From NCBI GenBank assembly GCA_951406725.2, contig OX597824.1, forward strand, positions 50,406,001-50,470,000: a stretch of DNA of 64,000 nucleotides, given 5' to 3'. A program made the translations under genes and the position numbers. Within the stretch, counting starts at the first letter, position 1. Every line of letters starts with the position of its first letter. Below the pieces are notes generated by a model that did no database searches, had not been told where the DNA came from, and saw nothing but the letters and a program-made list of their open reading frames with translations. Shown in pieces: positions 55,256-64,000 of this stretch. This DNA comes from Octopus vulgaris. Lineage: Eukaryota.

Positions 55256-55409
55256 CACCACACAACCACACCCACACCTATGTGTATGTATGTATGTATG
55301 TATGTATGTGTGTGTGTATGTCTGTATGTATCTTAATGTGTTTATGTATGTTTTATTGTTGCTTCATTGGTTGTCAGTGTAATTGGGTTTCTTTCCTGTA
55401 TTGCTTTTT

Positions 55410-57300
55410 GTGAATTAACGAGTGGGACGGAACTGCTCTTCATTGAGTCACCAGTTGCGATATGGGTTCATCTGATATCTCAGGTAAAAATTTATCCAGA
55501 AGTTCTTTGAAAACTTCCACCTCTACATTTCACAAATCTCTGAGGCTGTTTCGCAGAATGTTGAATAATTGTAGGCCTTTGGAACTCAAGATAGTACAGT
55601 ACTGAGTCGTTATTCTAGATGGAGAAGCCGGTAGCTTTGGTTGTATGCAGTGCCGTCCAGTTCGATGGTTGATATGGCTTTCATTTCCAAAGTTGAGAGG
55701 TAGTCATTTCAGAAGATCCTATTTATATATAACTGCATATCTTCCATGTTTTCTCTCTAGGAATAGAGCTTCATTTCCTTTAGCTTCTCACAGTAGTTCT
55801 TCTGTTGCACCAGCTCAATCGTCTTAGTGGGGTGGTGTTGGACTGCTTCGAATTTTGCCACCAGATTGAAAGCGGTGACCACTTGTAGGAGCAGTAATCC
55901 TAACGATTGAGGACTAAAGTCCTCCGTTGAAATAACTTGGTGTCCTTTTTCTGGTTGTAAATGATCTCAGAATTCATTCAGTTACTCGCCTTCATAGTGT
56001 TCCCATCTTGGAAATATGCACATGAAATGTCACATCATTATTCCTTCCCACATCACGCATCGATTTTGACTCTGGAATTGCACAACCCTTTGGTCTTGTG
56101 TATTCCGATTGTAATCTATTTGTGGGTCCACAGTGGAGTATTTGAAACATTTCAGCATTGAACGGCATGTTATTTTCATCAGCCCACTTGTATATTGCAT
56201 TCCTGCAGTTTTAGAATGTCATCGGGGTCCTTGACTCATTGTGATACTTTTGTACGGTGATAGTGAGTGACTGTACGACTGAAGGCATGTCTGAGAACCA
56301 CCATAAACATTGGTGGTCATAGTACACTTCCATGAGGGACTCCGCTGAGAATTGATATCTCCCCATAGAAAGCATCATTGGTTGCAACTGTCTGATGTCT
56401 GCCTTTTAAAAATCACGAAGTTACTCTCCTAATTTTACAGTGGTGCAAAGGTCACGCGTATTGTGAGATATCATCCCATGATCAACTTTGTGAAAGTCCT
56501 GTAATTTTTAGCAGCTGCTTTGCTTCTTCCTTTATGGACAGGGAATATCATACCTTCTTTTAACATTTTAGAAAGTTTACCCCTTATAAAACAAACTCTG
56601 AAACAGTATCTGCAGTGGTTTTGCGAAAGCTTTCTTGCTTGTTTTTAAGAGAACAGCCGGAAATCCATCTGGGCCAGTTGCTGATATCGATATTACATGA
56701 TTCTTCTTTATGTCGATGTAACCAATGTAACCAATGGTTGATGTAACCAATGGTTGCCTCCTTCCTATGTAGATCTGCGGTGTTGAAGAACCCATCGGGA
56801 TTGTTTATTTGAATATTTTCTTGTGGAGAGGTGAAGGCGCTTAGGAATTGTTTATTTAGCACAACGCATATCCTTCTGGGGTCTGCCGCTTTCTTCAAAC
56901 TGGCCCTATCTTGTAGTGCACCGAGGCATATTCTTTTGCGAACTTGTATCAGGCTTTTGAATTTATTGTTATAATTTCCATTGCTCTGGTTTGTCTTCCT
57001 CCATTTCTTTTTCTTGGGAAAGTCTGTGTTCATTTTCAGTCTCTAAGCTGTCATTAAGTTATTTATCTAAGTGATTAGAAATCTTTATATCCCGACTCAT
57101 AAGGACTTTTCTGTCTCGGTGAATGATGTTTTTTGTATGTATTGGCTCTCTTCCCTGGGACAAATTTAACGCATATAGCTCGCATTGTTTACACGAATTT
57201 TTAAAGTTTCATCTCAATGTCTTGCATAAAGGGAATTTTAAGTCAATTTTGCAGAAATGTTTTCCAATCGACTTCCAATGCATACATAATTTTCCTGTAT
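55410..57300 (-). mobile_element. Decayed CR1-group LINE ORF2
   Basis: SATGPDGFPAVLLK..AKPLQILF, FHKVDHG, SGVPHGSVL, KLYSLER and KGLQLFNIL..FKRTLDKFL across broken frames. Confidence 0.8.
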
Positions 57301-57873
57301 CTTTTACAAGTTTATAATCTATTTTTATCACCATCAAACATCATCGTCATCGAAATCATCACCACCACCACCACAATCACCACCATCATCTTCATCATCA
57401 TCATCATCATCATTACCATCATAGTCGTTGTCATCAGCATCATCATCACCGCCACCGGAAAGACAATGACAAGCACCGAATCCACCATCACCGACACTAC
57501 TACCACGACGACAACGAGGACACGGAAAATCACTACCACGATCACTATCACCATCACCATCGTCATCATCACCATCATATATGAATGGTTCTAGCCATTG
57601 AGACAAGATTCGTTCTATTTTCTTCTAAATGCAGAGACAAGGGCAACGTTCATAGCTGGAGGGCAGATAACTCTTAAAGCCATACTTGGCTGTTTGCATA
57701 CAGCGGCAGTTATACGCGGCTGGTCTTCTGATTCATTAATAAATATATTTACACACTCACACACTCACACACGCATACACACTCATTCACGTGCACATGT
57801 ATGTATTTTGTTCTATGTGCGTGCGTACGTATACATATAATTTGTATACATATACGTTTGGATATATACGAAT

Positions 57874-57909
<36 letters not shown>

Positions 57910-57955
57910 ACAGACACACTCACACATCCGCACGCGCACACACATGTATGTAAAT

Positions 57956-57991
<36 letters not shown>

Positions 57992-58073
57992 CGGGAAGCT
58001 TTATGAAAATAGACAAAAGACGAAGGCAGGTGGAAAACAAACGGAATATATATATATATATATATATCTATAC

Positions 58074-58240
58074 AATATGTTACATTACTCGGTAGTCAAG
58101 ATAAAACTCTGAGTTTCAGATGCCGAAGTGGAAATCCACAACACCATCTCTTCGGTTATCTGGCTATTTGTTCAGATAAATTTCCTCTATTTACATAATA
58201 TTGAGGTCTCTTTCTTTCTTTTGTTATCTTACCGTTTTAT

Positions 58241-58243
<3 letters not shown>
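58074..58243 (-). mobile_element. Solo Naiad pseudo-LTR with hammerhead (58100-58160) and inverted tail
   Basis: 58074-58170 matches 12711-12807; 58174-58243 matches the tail at 23662-23731. Confidence 0.85.
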
Positions 58244-58275
<32 letters not shown>

Positions 58276-58650
58276 GACAGATACATATTTATGTAAATAC
58301 ATACATACATACATACATACACGCATTTATATATACACATGCATATACATAGATATGTGTGCGAGCGTATATGTGTAAGCTTAGATGTGCGTGTGTTTAT
58401 GTATATGAATGCGTATATATATTCATGTGTTAGTTCAGAATGTAGAACAATCTAAAGAGCGGATGTATAGATGTAGCCAAGCCATAGCTTGGTTGATACG
58501 AGTGTGTATGTTTCTTTTTACCCTTCTCTCTTTAACTTTATCGTTGGGCTACGTTACAATTGACTACGTTATGGAGGTTATGAAGGCCGTATAGCTAGCA
58601 TTCAGTTTGCCATGCCGAGCTTCCTGACAACGTGTATGTATCCCTTTATA

Positions 58651-58746
<96 letters not shown>

Positions 58747-58806
58747 GATAGATAGATAGATAGATAGGTAGATAGATAGATAGATGGATGGATAGATGGA
58801 TAGATG

Positions 58807-58865
<59 letters not shown>

Positions 58866-59103
58866 GATAGATAGATGGATAGATGGATAGATAGATAGAT
58901 AAAATGTATATAGTTTCTTTCTTTCTCTACTAGTTTGAGCTGGAGAGCTGCAGCCCTGTTGGGGCAGCGCCGTTAAAATGGAGCAAATCGTCCGTGGGTG
59001 GGCATAAACCACCAACCTTTCGCTGAACAGCCGAACAATGCTATTACACACACATATATATATGTATACATTCATACATACACAAATACCAAATCCAAAA
59101 ACG

Positions 59104-59183
<80 letters not shown>

Positions 59184-60039
59184 ACTGGAAGAATAAAAAT
59201 CAATTATAAATAGGAGAAAGAAAATATAACCCTTGAAAGACTCCCAGAATGAAGTCTTAAACACGTAAGAGATTCTCTATCAATCATGTTCTCCTCCATT
59301 GTAAAAGAAAGTATAAGAAATAGAAAGTATCGATCGTTACTCTGTATAATGTTAATGTTAATGGTAACCTCAGTTGTAAGTGACTCAGGGCTTTTAATGC
59401 CCTCCTTCTCTCATCTCTTTTCTCCACTATTGACAAAAAAAAAGGGGGATAAGAAAGGGAAAACAAAAAGTCGATCGTTTATATAGTTTATAAATGTTTT
59501 AAATGACCATGTAGTTTTATTCCAGTTGCGATACATTGACAAGCCCCTAATTTAGGGCGAAATAAATTTATCTGTATCTAACCAAAACATAAAAATCAGA
59601 ATGAATTATATCTACTTGCATAATAAAATAGGTATGTAAAAAACATAATGCTGTGTATGATCTAAGCAGATTCAGTAACGTTTGAGAAGAGGAACGCTCA
59701 CCCTTCGTTCAGTGGCTCGTCTTTTTATATTTTTGTATTACATTTATGATTTAATTCAATAAGTCTAGTTTACGAGTCTATAATTATATATAAACAATAT
59801 GTGTTAAACTACACAAATCTCTTGATTATAGAAATGCTACCAAATTCACTAACAAAGTACCCGAGTAGGTATCTATATTCAGTTATGCGCGTGTTTATAC
59901 AGTGTCATCTATCTCGCCCGAGGCCGTTCTGGTAATCATCAAAATGACGTACACACTCACATTCACGGACACACACACACACACACACCTCCCCACACAC
60001 GCACGTACGCATTATCATATATGTAGAGATCCATATATA

Positions 60040-60306
60040 CAGGGTCGGTTTTAAGTCAATTAGATTTGTTCAAATTGGGACTCCGCACCAACAGAGGGCC
60101 TGGCACACACACTCAAACAGAGGACGTTATGATGAATTTTTAGTATATCATTTTGGTTAATGTTGGAGTCTCAAGTCCTCAATGCCTTTTGGCTGCGAGT
60201 GGCGCACTACACGAAACATAAACAATAATATTCATTTTTTCTTTTGCGTAGAGGACTCAACCGATAATTCTCTATTTGGACCCCGCATTTCCTAGCGCCG
60301 GCCCTG
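60040..60306. mobile_element. hAT-like MITE
   Basis: TIRs CAGGGTCGG / CCGGCCCTG; possible decayed 8-bp TSD CATATATA / CATGTATG. Confidence 0.5.
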
Positions 60307-60390
60307 CATGTATGTATGTATGTATGTATGTATGTATGTATGTATGTATGTATGTATGTATGTATGTATGTATGTATGTATGTATGTATG

Positions 60391-60427
<37 letters not shown>

Positions 60428-60476
60428 AAACAAGTCAAAAATAGAAAATGCTAAAATAATTTTATAGTGAACATTT

Positions 60477-60514
60477 CAGTACCGGTTTCGGTCATTTTGA
60501 GACCTTTTCAACTG
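60477..60514 (-). ncRNA. Minimal hammerhead, U3-A8 core variant, at the 3' end of the intact PLE
   Basis: Minus strand: CAG-TTGAAAA-GGTC tcaaaat GACC-GAAA-CCGG-TA-CTG. Confidence 0.75.
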
Positions 60515-61204
60515 TAACGATTAAATAATTAAATTTAGAAAAATTAGAAGAAAAGTTTTTTTAAAAGAATATTTCTATAGTAGTGTTCAGATTTAGGTGG
60601 CATTCTGCCTTTCTCTGACTCCCTTGTTTGCACTTGTGTGTTCGAGGTAGTTGTGAGTTCTTGGTAGGGTAGTAGAGGGAAGGCTGGTGAGGAAAGGGGG
60701 TGGGAGAATCTGGGAGTGCCCTGATGGTCGTATTTTGAATGGTCAGTGGCGGCTGGCAGTCTCAGTTCAATTCAGGATTGTTTATAGAATTAGCGTAGGT
60801 GTTATACTAAAAAACATTAGTGACAAACTTAAGGGGTAGGGGGTGGAGAAGAAGAAGAAGAAGAAGAAGAAGAAGAAGAAGAAGAAGAAGAAGAAGGAGA
60901 AGATGATGGTGATGGTGGTGATGACTATGACGACGATGATGATGATAACGATGATGATGAAGAAGAAGAAGAAGAAGAAGGAGGAGAAGGAGAAGATGGT
61001 GGTGATGATGGTGGTGATGATGATGACGCCGATGATGATGATAACGATGATGATGAAGAAGAAGAAGAAGAAAAAAACAGAGAAGGGAGAATATGAATGG
61101 GTGTAAATATAGCTATGAAGGGGCTGATTAGTAATGGATTCTATGGAGTGTAGTATTTGTGTGTGTATATATATTTTTTTCTTTTATTCTAAAGTTGAGG
61201 TATA

Positions 61205-63559
61205 TTAATTGTTTGTCGTAGACCCGTTAAGAAGTGGCTTGTATTTTGTAATAAAGAGATTTTCTTTACTTATTCTTTGTCTCGAGGTTGTATCGTCCCT
61301 AAATTGGTAGAGGGGGAAAATTCTGAAGTTTGGTGTTTTTTTGTTGGCGCAAGTATCTATGTGTTGGCTAAAAGCTATTTTTCTGTTTTGGGGAATTTTT
61401 ATCTGGGATCTGTGCAGGGCCATTCGTTTACGCAAACCATTTTTTGTTTGGCCTATGTACTGCTCTTGACACCCGGAGCAGGTTAGTGAGTATATTAGGT
61501 TCTCCGAAGCACATGTGAAGTTGCTTTTCACTGTAAACCGTTGTCCCTGTTTGAAGGAGAACTCAGAACCCTCGATTAGATAGTCGCATATCCCGCAATT
61601 GGGTCTTCCACATTTTTTTACTGTCGGCTTCTGTGTTGAAGAGTGAATTCGGGCTTGTGTAAGGAGACTTTTCATGGATCTAGGCTGTCTTTTGCTTTTT
61701 ATGATCGTGTGTGTTTGGAGGATTGTGTTCATTCTGTGGTCTTTTTTTAGGAGGGGTATGTTGTGGAGGATGGTGTCGAAGGCTTCGTTATTGAGAGGGT
61801 TGTGTGTGGAGATGTATGGTAAGGCTTTTGGTTGTAAGTTTTTCTTTGATTTGGGATGTCTCAGTTCCTTGATGTTAAGTTGAAGGGCACGTTGAATGCA
61901 CTTGTCAATAAGTGAAGGTGGATAGTTCCTGGTGATTAGGGTATCTTTTAGTTCTTGTAGTCGTGTGTCTCTGGTGTTTGCGTTAGAGACTATAGTGCAT
62001 ATCCTTTTTGCTAGATTGAAGGGGATATTCATCCTGGTGTGTCTGGGATGGCATGAATTGAATGGAAGATATTGCTTAGAGTCTGTAGGCTTATAGTATA
62101 TGTCTGTTTCTATTATATTATTAGCTTTCTTAATGAGGATATCGAGGAAGGGGAGTTGTTGTTGGCTATATTCCATCGTGAATTGGATGTTTACGTCCAG
62201 TCCGTTTAAAATTTTCTGGAATTCTATGAGTTTTTCTATATTTTTATGCCAAAGGATGAAACAGTCATCTAGATATCTCTTCCAGTTGTTTTCTATGTAG
62301 ATGGAGAAAGGGCTGCCATATCTTTCTAGAACCTTACGATACAGACTGATCTCTAGGTATCCTATGACTAGGTTGGCAAAGGAGGGGGCCATTCGTGTAC
62401 CCATCGCAGTCCCCGATTTTTGTCGGTAGAAGTTGTCATTGAAGGCGAAGAAGTTATTTTCCAGGATGAATTTAACCCCTTCTATCACAAATTCTTTTTT
62501 GATGCGGTGTGGTAGTTCGTTGGCGTGATTCTCTAGCCAGAATTGGATTGCCTCTAGTCCTAAGTTGTGGGGGATATTGGAGTAGAGGTTGACTACATCG
62601 AAGGATACCAGTATGGTGTTTTTGTTTATAGTATTCGGTAGGTGATTGAGCATATCTAAGTCGTCCCTTATATAGCTTTTGACATGTTTGAGGAGTGGTT
62701 TTAACAGGGTGTCTAAAAAGTTACTGAGGCGGTGGGTTTCGCATGCGGGACCTGCTATTATGGGTCTCAATTTGAGGTCATTAGGATTAGGGACTTTAAT
62801 TATTTTGTCTGTAGCTATCTTGCATGCGTTGCTTATTTTTTCACTTTTGTGGATCTTAGGTATACCGTAGAATTGGCTAGTTTTACTTGTGAAATTGGTC
62901 ATATAATCATATTCTTTGTCGGTGAGCCCTGCTTTGTATGGGTTTAATATGGATTTTAGTTCCCTCATTATTTTTTGTTGACTGTAGTTTTGTGCCTTTT
63001 CATAGTATGTTGTGTCTTCCAGCATAGAAAGTACCAAAGTTATGTAAAATGTCGTATCCATTAAGACAACAGCACTCCCTTTATCGGCCTCTTTGATTGT
63101 TATTGTTTTATCTAGTTTTAATTTGTTCAACTCAGCCCATTCTTTTTTGCTGAAGTTTGGTTTGTGTTTTTGTTTGTGCATATGTTGATATGGGTAATTT
63201 GATATGTGGTCACAGAAATCATCAAGTGTTTTATTCTTACCTTTCGAGGGGGTGTAGTTACTCCTATTTCTGGCTAACGATTCGTCCTCGTTGTATTTAT
63301 CGTATAGCTCCTCAGTAAGTCTTAATTTTCTGCAGAATTCTGCGATGTCTTCTTTCATTTCATTGTAGTTGGGGTGTTGTGGGGTGGGTGTAAACTTGAG
63401 TCCTTTGGAAAGTATGTTTATTTGGTTTGCTGTTAGTTCCTTGTGAGTTAGATTAATAATTTTTATTACTTTTGGTTCCTCCTGCTTGTTTGGTGCTATC
63501 TTGTGTCTCTGTGTTTGCGTATTGGGTCTAAAAAATGAATGCGGTGGTTGGGACGGTAG
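61205..63559 (-). CDS. PLE reverse transcriptase + GIY-YIG endonuclease (frame open from 63559; first ATG 63358)
   Basis: IINLT..LSKGLKFTPTP upstream of the first Met; IKEADKGSAVV, FYGIPKIHK, LRPIIAG, SFDVVNLYSNIP, GTAMGTRMAPSFANL, WKRYLDDCF, FLDI, CGRPNCGIC, LIYSLTC..C..QYIGQT. Confidence 0.95.
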   Translation of the reverse strand, partial: LPSQPPHSFFRPNTQTQRHKIAPNKQEEPKVIKIINLTHKELTANQINILSKGLKFTPTPQHPNYNEMKEDIAEFCRKLRLTEELYDKYNEDESLARNRSNYTPSKGKNKTLDDFCDHISNYPYQHMHKQKHKPNFSKKEWAELNKLKLDKTITIKEADKGSAVVLMDTTFYITLVLSMLEDTTYYEKAQNYSQQKIMRELKSILNPYKAGLTDKEYDYMTNFTSKTSQFYGIPKIHKSEKISNACKIATDKIIKVPNPNDLKLRPIIAGPACETHRLSNFLDTLLKPLLKHVKSYIRDDLDMLNHLPNTINKNTILVSFDVVNLYSNIPHNLGLEAIQFWLENHANELPHRIKKEFVIEGVKFILENNFFAFNDNFYRQKSGTAMGTRMAPSFANLVIGYLEISLYRKVLERYGSPFSIYIENNWKRYLDDCFILWHKNIEKLIEFQKILNGLDVNIQFTMEYSQQQLPFLDILIKKANNIIETDIYYKPTDSKQYLPFNSCHPRHTRMNIPFNLAKRICTIVSNANTRDTRLQELKDTLITRNYPPSLIDKCIQRALQLNIKELRHPKSKKNLQPKALPYISTHNPLNNEAFDTILHNIPLLKKDHRMNTILQTHTIIKSKRQPRSMKSLLTQARIHSSTQKPTVKKCGRPNCGICDYLIEGSEFSFKQGQRFTVKSNFTCASENLIYSLTCSGCQEQYIGQTKNGLRKRMALHRSQIKIPQNRKIAFSQHIDTCANKKTPNFRIFPLYQFRDDTTSRQRISKENLFITKYKPLLNGSTTNN

Positions 63560-64000
63560 CTAGTATATAGTTGTTCTTTGTTGATTAGGGGTCTCCTGTT
63601 GTGATTTGTGGTCGATGTAGTCAACCTCTACTCCAATATCCCCCACAACTTAGGACTAGAGGCAATCCAATTCTGGCTAGAGAATCACGCCAACGAACTA
63701 CCACACCGCATCAAAAAAGAATTTGTGATAGAAGGGGTTAAATTCATCCTGGAAAATAACTTCTTCGCCTTCAATGACAACTTCTACCGACAAAAATCGG
63801 GGACTGCGATGGGTACACGAATGGCCCCCTCCTTTGCCAACCTAGTCATAGGATACCTAGAGATCAGTCTGTATCGTAAGGTTCTAGAAAGATATGGCAG
63901 CCCTTTCTCCATCTACATAGAAAACAACTGGAAGAGATATCTAGATGACTGTTTCATCCTTTGGCATAAAAATATAGAAAAACTCATAGAATTCCAGAAA

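Larger units (their letters stand above)
60423..64000 (-). mobile_element. Young Penelope-like element with 5' inversion (runs off the window)
   Basis: 3' end abuts (TA)n at ~60423; UTR with GAA/GAT repeats; intact ORF; 63612-64000 is an inverted copy of 62213-62601. Confidence 0.92.

Overview
AT-rich eukaryotic (metazoan) non-genic DNA saturated with microsatellites ((TA)n, (CA)n, (TATG)n, (TAGA)n, (TAA)n). The SINE and microsatellite landscape suggests a coleoid cephalopod such as Octopus (inference). No host protein-coding exon, rRNA, tRNA gene or CRISPR array is recognisable, and nearly all listed ORFs are microsatellite artefacts. The window is a transposon patchwork: six Penelope-like retroelements (PLEs; one with an uninterrupted RT-GIY-YIG frame at 61205-63559), Helitron, mariner/Tc1, R4/Dong-, CR1- and L1-like LINE relics, and three tRNA-derived SINE families. 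The main hidden signal is RNA-level. About 15 intact or near-intact type-I hammerhead ribozymes (plus several decayed ones) from several unrelated families are present. Some lie in PLE 3' ends. Others lie in ORF-less retrozyme-like units (485-bp and 426-bp tandem units, a 500-bp palindrome, a rod-like fold-back). These units are inserted in (TA)n with a recurring tails-out geometry of one short and one long 3' terminus. Covariation between copies supports the ribozyme fold, and two ribozymes carry the compensated U3-A8 core. The intact PLE has an in-phase U_UUU_UUA candidate -1 frameshift site. All calls were read by eye; nothing was computed or searched.
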